From NCBI GenBank assembly GCA_045863235.1, contig BTUM01000008.1, positions 32,001-96,000 on the forward strand: a DNA stretch of 64,000 nt, given 5' to 3'. The DNA comes from Candidatus Xenobia bacterium (GTDB taxonomy: Bacteria > Vulcanimicrobiota > Xenobia > Xenobiales > QWHO01). Both the position numbers and the translations under genes were made by a program. The notes below the pieces were generated by a model. The model made no database searches and was not told the DNA's origin. It worked only from the letters and a program-made list of their open reading frames with translations. This document shows, one piece after another, positions 1 to 10,442 of the stretch (positions are counted from its first letter, which is position 1; the number at the start of each line of letters is the position of its first letter).

Positions 1-90
1 CAGCTCGCGCACCTGCAGGCTGTCGGGATACTCCTGAGCCGCAGCCAGAGCCACCAGAACCAGCAAGGCGAGAATGACGCGCACAGCCAC
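1..90 (-). CDS. 5' end of a secreted protein, truncated by the window edge
   Basis: Manual translation from GTG at 90: MAVRVILALLVLVALAAAQEYPDSLQVREL; signal-peptide-like (AAA|Q), open to the edge. Confidence 0.6.
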   Translation of the reverse strand, partial: MAVRVILALLVLVALAAAQEYPDSLQVREL

Positions 91-167
91 CTGACTCGAG
101 TTGGCCCGCGGGGCTCGAATTCCTTTCGAGCAGGCTGGGCCCGGTGCCGGTCCGAACCAGAATCGGC

Positions 168-908
168 ATGAGGAAGATGGCGCTGCTCTTGGTGGTTCTC
201 TGTCTGCAGTTGGCTGCACTGGCCGAGCCAGGTGAGGAGGAGTTTCAGGCCGGGAACGCCTGCATGGAGAAAAAGCAGTATCGCGAGGCCCTGGAGCACT
301 ATCAGGCCGGGCTCAAGAATGCGCCCGCCGAGCCAGCCCTGCTCTTCAACGGGGGGCTGGCCGCCTATCTGGCCGGCGACGGAGCCACCGCCATCGCCCT
401 GTGGCAAGAGCTCAAGAAGCTCGAGCCCGAGAACTGGCGCCTCCTGGCCAAGTTGATCCAGGCCTACCAGCTGACCGGCGACCTCAAGGCCCGCGATCAA
501 GAGCGAGCTGAGCTGATGGCCCTCTGGCGAAAGAACCCCGCCGCCATCCAGCAGAAGAGCTTCTGTCGCGAGCAGTTCCAGGTGGGGGGCGAGTCGGTCA
601 TGGCCTTCGAAAGCTGGCAGCTCGAGGGGGATCGGGCCGTGCGCTACATCTTCTCGGTGCTGGGCCCGGACGGCCAGGAGAAATACCGCATCTCGCTCGG
701 CTCCTACGACGCCACCACGCAGTTCGGTCGCGAGTCTGGCGAGCTCGGCCCCAACGAGCGCTACTGGCACCTGGATTACTATGGACCCGGCGAGCACCGC
801 ACCTATGCCTTCCAGAAGGCGGAGCCGACGTATGACGAGGTGCGCAGGCTGGTGGTGGGGATTCTCGAGGGCACGATCAAACCGATGAGCGGAACCAGGA
901 AGTCTTAG
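168..908 (+). CDS. Secreted TPR-repeat protein
   Basis: Signal peptide MRKMALLLVVLCLQLAALA; TPR-like helices (QYREALEHYQAGLKNAP, AIALWQELKKLEPEN); ATG 168 preferred over the ORF-track start at 144. Confidence 0.8.
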   Translation: MRKMALLLVVLCLQLAALAEPGEEEFQAGNACMEKKQYREALEHYQAGLKNAPAEPALLFNGGLAAYLAGDGATAIALWQELKKLEPENWRLLAKLIQAYQLTGDLKARDQERAELMALWRKNPAAIQQKSFCREQFQVGGESVMAFESWQLEGDRAVRYIFSVLGPDGQEKYRISLGSYDATTQFGRESGELGPNERYWHLDYYGPGEHRTYAFQKAEPTYDEVRRLVVGILEGTIKPMSGTRKS

Positions 909-950
909 AAAACCGGCCGCCCGGTATCGGCACTCTGGGACCCGCAGAGA

Positions 951-985
951 AAAAAGGCCCGAGGCGTGCTGCCTCGGGCCTTTTT
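951..985. terminator. Bidirectional intrinsic terminator between the TPR gene and groEL
   Basis: AAAAAGGCCCGAGGC-gtgct-GCCTCGGGCCTTTTT perfect inverted repeat with A and T tails. Confidence 0.9.
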
Positions 986-1003
986 GTGCGGTACAGACCG
1001 GAC

Positions 1004-2665
<1,662 letters not shown>

Positions 2666-2688
2666 GATTTGCTGATTCCTCCGTCTTC

Positions 2689-2991
2689 TTATTCAAAAAT
2701 TCCCAGGACGTCTTTTTCCTGGAGAATCACGTAATCTTCGCCTTCGAGCTTGATCTCGTTGCCCGAGAACTTGCTGTAGAGCACGGTCATGCCAACCGCG
2801 ACTTCCATCTTGGCCAGGCTGCCATCTTTGAGCATCCGGCCCGGGCCAGCGGCCACGACTTTGCCCTTCATGGGCTTCTCCTTGGCGGTGTCCGGCAGGT
2901 AGACGCCGCCGGCAGTCTTCTCGTCCTGAGGGACAGGCTGGACCACCACGCGGTCCGCCAGAGGCTTGATAGTGAGAGTTTTGGTCGCCAC
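2689..2991 (-). CDS. groES: Co-chaperonin GroES
   Basis: [34 protein letters not shown]; immediately upstream of groEL. Confidence 0.98.
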   Translation of the reverse strand: MATKTLTIKPLADRVVVQPVPQDEKTAGGVYLPDTAKEKPMKGKVVAAGPGRMLKDGSLAKMEVAVGMTVLYSKFSGNEIKLEGEDYVILQEKDVLGIFE

Positions 2992-3115
2992 AGGGATTCC
3001 TCCTCGTCATTGGCTCCTCGTCCCGGCTCAGGGTTCAAAGACCCTTCAACCAGGCCGTTCTAATTGGAGACGGCGACAGATTATGGCTTATGGCAGACCT
3101 TTCCTGCCCTGGCGC

Positions 3116-3156
3116 GTTAGAGTTCCGTTTGCGCGCGTGTTAGAGTTCCGTTTGCG
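3116..3156. repeat. 18-bp exact direct repeat, 23-bp period, upstream of groES
   Basis: GTTAGAGTTCCGTTTGCG at 3116-3133 and 3139-3156. Confidence 0.9.
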
Positions 3157-3997
3157 GAGAGGGAGAGAAGCCTGTACCAGTCTTGGAGGGCTCCTCTGGG
3201 AGTGGCTCGTAAGCGCGGTAGACCTGGATGGGCAGAGAGACCCGCTCCTCGCGCCCCCCGCCCTTTGGGGTGAGGCCGACCCGAAAGCCGTAGTGCACCC
3301 GAAACAGGCTCCACTCGCCCGAGAATGGTGCCGTCTCCTCGATGGGGAACTCGAAGTAGCCGTTAAGGGGCAACTCGGCCTGGGGGGCGGGCTCGATGTC
3401 GTGGCTCTGAACCCACAGCACCTTGCGATAGTCGCTGACCTTGGATTCCTCGATGGCCGCAAACCGAAAGCTGATCCGGTCAGGCAGGTGGGACTCGGAC
3501 TGCTCTCGCTCCAGCACCAGCTCTCCGCGCAGACTCTCGGCCGTGTACAGGTGGGAAGCATGCAGCAGCCCGGTCAGCTTGATTCCGTCGTTCTCAACCA
3601 CCAGCTCGGCACTGGCCGAATCCGGGAAAGGGTCTTCGGGAGGGAGCACGGTCAGGTGCAGCCGGTTGATCTCCTCGAGAATCCGGGGACGAGCCCGCGC
3701 CTTCAAAAAATACTGGCAGCGCAGGTCCCAGCTCGCGTAGCTGGGAGGCGTGCGCTCGGGTAGCTGAAACCGAAAGGGCTCGCGCTGCGTGCGTTCGCCA
3801 GAGGAGGTAAAGGTGTGCACCTGCTCGACCAGCGGCAGCACATAAGAACGAAACAAGTGATTGGCGCCCACGATCTCCTCGCCCTGGAGGGAGACGGTGA
3901 CCTTGACCCCCTTAGGATAATCGGCCAGCTCGACTTCGCCTTCCACCACATCCCCCGGACGCAAAGTCTGCCGCTCGACGTTCAGCTCGAGTTTCAC
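3140..3997 (-). CDS. Arrestin/SpoOM-like two-beta-sandwich protein
   Basis: LRPGDVVEGEVEL and PFRFQLPERTPPSY...QYFLKA (arrestin-N-like), then a second similar domain (FEFPIEETAPFS...VHYGFRV); GTG start after AAGGGGGG. Confidence 0.6.
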   Translation of the reverse strand: MKLELNVERQTLRPGDVVEGEVELADYPKGVKVTVSLQGEEIVGANHLFRSYVLPLVEQVHTFTSSGERTQREPFRFQLPERTPPSYASWDLRCQYFLKARARPRILEEINRLHLTVLPPEDPFPDSASAELVVENDGIKLTGLLHASHLYTAESLRGELVLEREQSESHLPDRISFRFAAIEESKVSDYRKVLWVQSHDIEPAPQAELPLNGYFEFPIEETAPFSGEWSLFRVHYGFRVGLTPKGGGREERVSLPIQVYRAYEPLPEEPSKTGTGFSPSPQTEL

Positions 3998-4097
3998 CCG
4001 CCCCCCTTCGCGGAGAGCCCTGCACCGCCCCTGTTTCAGGGGCTTTTCAGCTGCTGGCGGTATTCTCAAGCCACAACCAGCAGGAAGGAGAGCCCAG

Positions 4098-4577
4098 ATG
4101 TCTCAGTCCCTAGCAGATCGCGAACGGCGCACATACGATGTGCTCTCTGGCAACAAAGGCCAGCGCAAGCAGGGGTTTCAGCAGCAGCGCTTCCTGCGAG
4201 GTTCGGCGGCTCCGCCCAAGAAGGACGAGAAGAAGGCCGAGGAGCCCCCCCGTCGCCACTGGGCCGAGTTACTGGCGACCATCGAATGGGCCGAGCGGGT
4301 GGCCGGCATCTACAATCTTGACCGTGAGCCGGTTGTCGAGCCGGCGGCCGTCGTGGCCGAGATCGAGGAAGAGCGGTGGACCGTGCCCACCCAGTTCAAG
4401 GCTCCGGTTCAGGTCAACGAAGGCCAGAAGCTCGACATGAACAGCATTCTGCTCCACTCCATGACCACCAGCGCTCCCATCAATCAGGCCGAGGCTGCGC
4501 CGGCAAACGGCAACGTGCTCAGTCCCGACCTCCCCATGATGCAACTGCAGATTCTGGCGCTCCGCCCCCGCTTCTAA
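4098..4577 (+). CDS. Hypothetical protein
   Basis: AGGAAGGAG RBS, ATG start, fills the gap and is followed by hairpins. Confidence 0.75.
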   Translation: MSQSLADRERRTYDVLSGNKGQRKQGFQQQRFLRGSAAPPKKDEKKAEEPPRRHWAELLATIEWAERVAGIYNLDREPVVEPAAVVAEIEEERWTVPTQFKAPVQVNEGQKLDMNSILLHSMTTSAPINQAEAAPANGNVLSPDLPMMQLQILALRPRF

Positions 4578-4635
4578 AGTGCAAGGCCTTAGGTCTTGCA
4601 CTTTACAACGCGCTGGAACGCAGTTCCGGCGCGTT
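4575..4635. terminator. Two tandem hairpins between convergent genes
   Basis: TAAAGTGCAAGGCC-tta-GGTCTTGCACTTTA (4575-4605) and AACGCGCTGGAAC-gca-GTTCCGGCGCGTT (4607-4635). Confidence 0.65.
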
Positions 4636-4694
4636 CGTCAGACGAGCACATTCGTCCATCTTCCTCGCGGGAGGCTCATGACCGTTCCGGGACT

Positions 4695-5612
4695 TCAGGT
4701 AGAAGCTCGTGGGTGGACGCGAGTGACCGCCCAGGCCCGAATGGAGGAGTCGTTGTCGCGGACGGCCTGGCGCATGTACGTCTCTCCCTCCAGCTTCTCA
4801 CCCAGCGCGTAGGCCCTCCGCCGAATGGTCGGCTGGTCATGACGCGTGGCCAACTCGAGCACCTGACGCCGGATGGGCGACTGGAGCGAGCCACCAGCCG
4901 ACTCCAGCACGTCCAACAGGCCATGCACCGCGTGAACCGGGTCTTCCCAGTCAGCCAGGCGCTCGAGGCCCATGCGAAGCACTACCGGAGCATCCTCGCC
5001 CTGGGCCACCAAACCCACCAGAGCCGACCGCACAAGCTCTGACGGCGGGGGGGGCACCTGGCTGAACACGGCGGCCACCTCTTCGGGGACTTCCGTTCCC
5101 AGGGCCCACAACAGGACGGAGCGGCGGTCGGCCGGGTGCATCCAGGCAGCGGTCAGCAACTTCTGCAGCAGGGCCGCCCGACCGCGCGGCGAGAGGAGAC
5201 TGCAACTGAGCAATTGCAGAGCCACCGCCACCCGCAGCGGACGGCGCAACTCCTCCAGCGGGAGCAGGGACTCGGCAACCTCCAGAGTCTCGGCTTCCTT
5301 CAAAGCCCCTTCGTCGGGAGGACCGATGGGCAGCCGGGAAACAAAGCTCAACACCACTTCGGCGCGGGCCAGCCCGCTCTTGACCATCCAGCCCAGAGCC
5401 TGGATGCCCCCCGGACCGGGCCCGGCCAGGCGGGCGTAAAGCTCGGCGCGCAAGCCGGGGGCCAGATTGGGCTCAGCGTGCACTTCCTGCACCAGCAGAT
5501 CGGTGAAAATCGGGTTCTGCAGCACACCCTCGCTCAGCTCGTCCTGACCGAAACGGCGCAGGGCCCGCCGCAGCGGGCGCTCTAACTCGCTTCTTGACAA
5601 CAGCTCTTCCAT
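4695..5612 (-). CDS. Helical hypothetical protein with a HEAT-like C-terminus
   Basis: Leu-rich helices; HDQPTIRRRAYAL and DNDSSIRAWAV resemble HEAT repeat ends. Confidence 0.7.
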   Translation of the reverse strand: MEELLSRSELERPLRRALRRFGQDELSEGVLQNPIFTDLLVQEVHAEPNLAPGLRAELYARLAGPGPGGIQALGWMVKSGLARAEVVLSFVSRLPIGPPDEGALKEAETLEVAESLLPLEELRRPLRVAVALQLLSCSLLSPRGRAALLQKLLTAAWMHPADRRSVLLWALGTEVPEEVAAVFSQVPPPPSELVRSALVGLVAQGEDAPVVLRMGLERLADWEDPVHAVHGLLDVLESAGGSLQSPIRRQVLELATRHDQPTIRRRAYALGEKLEGETYMRQAVRDNDSSIRAWAVTRVHPRAST

Positions 5613-5773
5613 GGCCGTCGGGTATTACACCACCTGAGCGGACCTCCCTGCTACACTCCCGTTTTGACCTGCTCGGAATGAGAACGCGCGGGGAGCTACG
5701 TTCTCGCCCCCCCCCCCGCCTCCGCCACCACAAGATGGGGTTTCGGCTGCGCTCCTACTCAGGAGACGCCCGG

Positions 5774-6661
5774 TCAGCGCAAGATCTTCTGGGCTTTCTT
5801 GAGGGCGTTCTTCTCGTTGATGTAGGAAAGCTTGCGATAGGCCTCGCTGATCTCGAACCAGGCCACCTCGTCTGCCTCACCGTCCCGCGGCGTGGCGTTC
5901 TCCTCGACGAGTTGCATCAGGTAGAAGAAAACGAACTTGTGATAGAGCGTCTGGGTTTCCTTGAGGAAGAAGTAGTATTCGATCTCGTGCAGCTTGTCGA
6001 TCGCCTGAGTGCGATGGCCAGTCTCCTCGAGTATCTCGCGCTCGGCCGTTTGCTCGTAAGTCTCTCCCTTGTCCACCCGGCCTTTGGGCAGGGCCCAGAT
6101 CCGTCCTCCTCGCTTGGAGACAAGACAGACCTTGTATTTGTTCTTCTCGCGCTTGAAGACCACGCCGCCGGCGGACATTTGCAGCGCCTCGGGTGTAGCC
6201 GTGGCCGACTGGGCGCCCTCGGAGCCAAACCGGACCGGCCCTCCCAGGAAGTTAGAAAACTGTCCGGGGCTGCTGGCCAGCGCCTGTTGGGCCAGTTGAC
6301 TGGCCGGGTGGTCAGGGAAAATCGGCTCGAAGCGAAACTCAAAGGCGAGCTCGCGCAGTTGCTTGCGAGCCCGAGAGAGTCCCTCGGCCAGGGCTCGGTC
6401 GTCCGGGGACGGCTGGGCCTCGAGTAGATGGCCCCGCAGCCACTCAGCCTCGGTGTGAATGATGACCTGCTGAGGTTGGTTTCGATTTACCTCTTCGAGA
6501 CTGCGGATCAGAGCCATCAGTTGGGCCTGCTCGACCGAAGCCGAGCCGGCTCCCTGACTGATGCGGCGCACGGTGAGCTGGTCGCTCTCCAGAGTAATGC
6601 CCATCCCGGCCCGAGGTGGGTCGGCCTGGTGGGCCGTCGCAATGGTTACAACCAGCTTCAT
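5774..6661 (-). CDS. Degenerate RNase HI-like domain fused to a Nudix hydrolase
   Basis: ATG 6661 overlaps the upstream stop (ATGA); N-terminal RNase H-like pattern; Nudix box PKGRVDKGETYEQTAEREILEETGH. Confidence 0.8.
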   Translation of the reverse strand: MKLVVTIATAHQADPPRAGMGITLESDQLTVRRISQGAGSASVEQAQLMALIRSLEEVNRNQPQQVIIHTEAEWLRGHLLEAQPSPDDRALAEGLSRARKQLRELAFEFRFEPIFPDHPASQLAQQALASSPGQFSNFLGGPVRFGSEGAQSATATPEALQMSAGGVVFKREKNKYKVCLVSKRGGRIWALPKGRVDKGETYEQTAEREILEETGHRTQAIDKLHEIEYYFFLKETQTLYHKFVFFYLMQLVEENATPRDGEADEVAWFEISEAYRKLSYINEKNALKKAQKILR

Positions 6662-8136
6662 TCGGGCCCGAAGTTGAAGTCCTCGGGCTCTTGCTTCTCG
6701 AGCTTGACGTCGCGGGCCAGCGTGAGGTCGAAGAAAACCCAGGCCCGGGTGTCGAGGTCTCCACGGGCGGCCGTTCTCCAACTGGAGATGCCCGGATAGA
6801 CTTTGATCGTCTGACTTCCAAATCTCTGCTCGAGATCGGCCGCAAATTGGCGGAGCAGATTGCGGATGATCCAGGGATTGAACTCGTACATCATGGGCAC
6901 CACGAAGTCGACCTTCCAGCCCATCCAGTCCTGACAGCAAAAGTCATAACCCGACAGTCGAAAGCGACCATTGTCGCGATCTCGATAATAGAGGGGGAGA
7001 ACCGCTGCCGACAGGGCCCGGTGAGGCCCCAGCATCGGTCGCAAATCGTCCACCAGGAGTCGCAAGCTCTCCTCGCGGCGACGAAGAATTTCGTGACAGC
7101 GCGCATACTGCTCACGCAGGGTGGGGTTGGAGGCTTCATAGTAATTGTAAGCCCCGTCGCGGATGCCAAGCCACTCGGGCAAGCCCTGCCCGTCCACCGG
7201 AAAGCGGACGTGGTCCATGTGCAGCCCAGCCACCCCCGGATGGCCCTGAATGATGCCTGCAAGGGCGCCCTTCAAGCGCTTGCGCACCTGCTCCGACTCC
7301 GGATTGACATAGATGGGGCGAAGCAGCTTGCGGCGAGGAGCGGGGAAGGGGTCTTCCTGGGGGCCGATCAGAAGAAAATCAGGTGGATGGGCCCCAGCCC
7401 GCATGGCCTGACGGAGAACGGTTCCCAAAGGGCTTCCCTGATCGTTCACCCCGTGACGGGCCAGGATGGCGGAGATGTCCCGGGCCTCGGAACTGGTCTC
7501 AAACAGCCTGGCAGTCTCGCGCATGATGGCCACGGTATCGGGGGCCGCGCCCGGCCGTCCGTCCAAACGGGCCGCCTCGCGTCGCAAATAATCAGACATC
7601 AGCTCGTTCCACAGGCTGGGACCGCTGTGCCACGGCAGCATGGCCGTGGTGTTGTCCATCTTCCAGTAGAACATGTGGCACCAGGCGTGCACCTCGATGC
7701 CCTGATTGCGGCCTTCCTGAATGAAGATCTGCAAGGTGTCGATCACCTCGTCTCCTTCGGTTCGGAAGTTCCAGCTCAGATGGGGGTAGACCGGAACCCC
7801 GGCCTCACCCGGTTTGTAAGGCACCACGCGGGCGGTGTGGTTCTTGATCTCCACTGCGGGGCAGATTGAGTAGCCGCGCAGCAAGGTCTCCAGGAAGACG
7901 GACGTGACACCCTGCTTGGCCAGGTGGGCCATCGTCTGGCGGGCCACCCGGCGCACCTCGAACTCGTTGTACTGGCGCGTGCCCGGCAAGAGCCAGTCGG
8001 GAGAGAGCCAGACGCCAACCATGGGAGGCTCGAGCTCATAGCTGTCCTGGGCCCACAGGGGGGCGATCAAACAGAGCCAAAGAATCGAAAGAATCAGGAA
8101 CGCATTCCGCAGCGCCATCAAGCGACTTCTCCGCAC
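6658..8136 (-). CDS. Secreted glycoside hydrolase, GHL10/DUF187-like
   Basis: Signal peptide; GVWL, GIEVHAW, YVNP, GLHMDHVRFP, QDW, VDFVVPMMY motifs. Confidence 0.8.
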   Translation of the reverse strand: MRRSRLMALRNAFLILSILWLCLIAPLWAQDSYELEPPMVGVWLSPDWLLPGTRQYNEFEVRRVARQTMAHLAKQGVTSVFLETLLRGYSICPAVEIKNHTARVVPYKPGEAGVPVYPHLSWNFRTEGDEVIDTLQIFIQEGRNQGIEVHAWCHMFYWKMDNTTAMLPWHSGPSLWNELMSDYLRREAARLDGRPGAAPDTVAIMRETARLFETSSEARDISAILARHGVNDQGSPLGTVLRQAMRAGAHPPDFLLIGPQEDPFPAPRRKLLRPIYVNPESEQVRKRLKGALAGIIQGHPGVAGLHMDHVRFPVDGQGLPEWLGIRDGAYNYYEASNPTLREQYARCHEILRRREESLRLLVDDLRPMLGPHRALSAAVLPLYYRDRDNGRFRLSGYDFCCQDWMGWKVDFVVPMMYEFNPWIIRNLLRQFAADLEQRFGSQTIKVYPGISSWRTAARGDLDTRAWVFFDLTLARDVKLEKQEPEDFNFGPE

Positions 8137-8316
8137 GAATCTTGAGTGGCCGCCTCGGCCCTGGGCCGCACGACTTTATGAGAATTCAAGCCGGAGCGCT
8201 CAGATCCTCCCCGGAGCGTGGCTGCAGCCAGGGCGTGAGCCCGGGGGCGAAGTCTGACTGTCGTGATGAAGGTTGGGCAGAGCGCGTCCGGCGCAGGGGC
8301 AAGAACGCTCGACAGA

Positions 8317-10209
8317 TCAGAAGCCGAAACCCCCGAACATGAAGGGGGTCATCATCATGGGCATCATCATCATCGGCATCATCATCATCGGCAACATGCT
8401 GATCATGCTGATGGCCGGCATCAGGCTCATCATCGACCACATCGGCGCATTGTTCATGGGCGGCATCCCCATGGGCGGCATCTGCATCTGCTGCCAGGGC
8501 TGCTGCTGAAACTGGCCGTAGGACTGCATCGAGGGAGGGAGGCTGCCAGGGTGGGGCTGGTAAGGCATCTGGATCCCCGAGTAGCCCTGGTAGGGGTCGT
8601 AATAAGCCTGCCGCGGGTCGTAGTAAGCTTGCTGCTGGGGTCGGCTATTGGGCTGATGCGCCTGGAATCCGCCCATCTGCTGCCAATCATCGGCATAGCT
8701 CTGCGGCTGAACCGGAGGAGTGGGGGCGGGGCCGGGCGCGAAGTCACCCCAACGGCCCCACCACTGGTTGGAAGCCGGTTGCTGCGAGGCAGGAGCAGGT
8801 CCCGGAGCAGCCGTCTGCGCCGGGGCGGCACCGAAGTCGCCCCACTGGCCAAACCAGCTGCTGGAAGGCTGGGGGGGAGCGGGAGTCGCTGCGGAAGCGC
8901 TCTGAGACGGGGCGGAGCCAAAGTCGCCCCACTGACCGAACCAGCCGTCCCCTGGCTGAGAGGAAGACGGCGGCGCCTGGGGTGCAGGTTGAGAGGCTTT
9001 CCCGAAATCGCCCCACTGGCCCCACCAGTCGCTCCTGGGGGAGGGTGGAGGCACCTGGAATCCGTCGAACACGCGGTTCTGCCCCCCGGGCGCGATGACC
9101 GGTTCCTCGCTTCGGGGAGGGGGGGCGATCTCGAACTCCTGGGGAGGCGGGGCAGGATGCTGGCGGTCGAACTCCTCGAGATTGATCTGCGTGCGCGCAA
9201 AGGAGCCAGCCTGGGTGGAGCCGAGGCCCTGCTGGCGCATCTGTTCCATCAGGACATAGGGATCTTTGGGCTCGGAAGCGGCCGGCTGCGAAGCAGGAGC
9301 TGCCACTGCGTCAGCAGGCGTGGGGCTCGACGGCGCCTGGCTCACCTGCTCCTGCGTGGTTTCGGGAGGCAGGACTCCATTGGCCCGCATGTCCTCGAGC
9401 ATCTGGGCCATGTCGCCGGTGACGGGCTCCTTGAGCGGCCGAGGAATCTCACGATTTTCTTGAAGAGACGGGGGCGCGACTGTCTCAGACACCGTCTCGG
9501 GGGGTTGAGTGACGGCCGCCGAACTCTGGACAGCAGGCTCCGGGGCTGGCTGCGGGGGCGCAATGGGCGGAACGGGCTCGGCTGTGCTGGGGCTCTGCAA
9601 GCCAAGCTGCTGAGACGCAAAACCCGAGACCGGTGTACTGCCCATGCCCTTGCGGCGCATCTCTTCCAGCCTGGCCCATGGATCCTGGCTTACGGGCTGG
9701 GGAACCTGGGACTGAACGGAAACCTCAGGCGGGGCCTGCTCGGAAACGACCGGCTCGGGAGCTGGCGGGGAAGCGGCTTGCTCGACGACAGGCGCGGCAG
9801 CGGGCGGAGGCGGGCCAGGAGGCTCGGGGATCTCGACGCCGGCCCGGCGCATGTTGGCGATCATCTCGCGCATCTCTTCCGAAACCGGCTCTTTGACGAC
9901 GATGGGTCGGGCGGGTTGAGGCTCGACAGCCGGCTGCTCGGGAGTGGACGGGGGGGCGACCGGCTGCTCGGGAGCGGCCTGAGTTAGCGGAGAACCCTGG
10001 CCGAAGGAGACCTGGCCGGCGACGATGGGGCCCATGGCCGTGCTGCCCAGTCCCTGCTTGCGCATCTGGGCCATTCGCTCATAAGGATCGACCGACGCGC
10101 CAACCTTGTCCTCGGGCTCGGAGCTGGTGACGGTCGGGTTGCCGTTGCTGGCGACAGGTCGCCCCGTCATGCCTGGATCGAACCCGGGAATCATCGGATT
10201 GACCGCCAT
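8317..10209 (-). CDS. Pro/Gln-rich intrinsically disordered repeat protein with a Met-rich C-terminus
   Basis: GGAGGTG RBS before ATG; 630 aa; internal motif repeats are conserved at the protein level while their codons vary. Confidence 0.85.
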   Translation of the reverse strand: MAVNPMIPGFDPGMTGRPVASNGNPTVTSSEPEDKVGASVDPYERMAQMRKQGLGSTAMGPIVAGQVSFGQGSPLTQAAPEQPVAPPSTPEQPAVEPQPARPIVVKEPVSEEMREMIANMRRAGVEIPEPPGPPPPAAAPVVEQAASPPAPEPVVSEQAPPEVSVQSQVPQPVSQDPWARLEEMRRKGMGSTPVSGFASQQLGLQSPSTAEPVPPIAPPQPAPEPAVQSSAAVTQPPETVSETVAPPSLQENREIPRPLKEPVTGDMAQMLEDMRANGVLPPETTQEQVSQAPSSPTPADAVAAPASQPAASEPKDPYVLMEQMRQQGLGSTQAGSFARTQINLEEFDRQHPAPPPQEFEIAPPPRSEEPVIAPGGQNRVFDGFQVPPPSPRSDWWGQWGDFGKASQPAPQAPPSSSQPGDGWFGQWGDFGSAPSQSASAATPAPPQPSSSWFGQWGDFGAAPAQTAAPGPAPASQQPASNQWWGRWGDFAPGPAPTPPVQPQSYADDWQQMGGFQAHQPNSRPQQQAYYDPRQAYYDPYQGYSGIQMPYQPHPGSLPPSMQSYGQFQQQPWQQMQMPPMGMPPMNNAPMWSMMSLMPAISMISMLPMMMMPMMMMPMMMTPFMFGGFGF

Positions 10210-10442
10210 CAGCTCACCTCCCTTCCACCAGCCCCTCGCCCCTCAACCTACCGCGAGCCTCTCAAAAGAGACTGAAACAAGACGCCCTGCTTCAGGATAA
10301 TCCAATTCCGGGGCAAGGCGGTTGCCAGAATATTACCAGTTTATCCAGAACCGGGAGAGGGAGCAACCCCGACCCGAGGCGAACCGGCCTTTGCTGCGCG
10401 CAAAAGCGCGCCTGCCAGCCTGTGAGGAAAGCGAGGCCGAAC

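Noticed and set aside
5700..5730. CCGCCACCA tRNA/tmRNA-like 3' end after a poly-C run
   Set aside because: No T-arm (GTTCRA) or cloverleaf; the C homopolymer is intergenic with no evidence of phase variation
5774..6940. ORF-track starts extending into neighbouring genes (6940, 27753, 54361, 56886, 58609, 20500, 19615)
   Set aside because: Downstream starts with an RBS, translational coupling or family N-termini fit better
10291..10350. Inverted TTATCCAGA-like pair as DnaA boxes or an origin
   Set aside because: Only two mismatched boxes, no DUE-like region and no dnaA context
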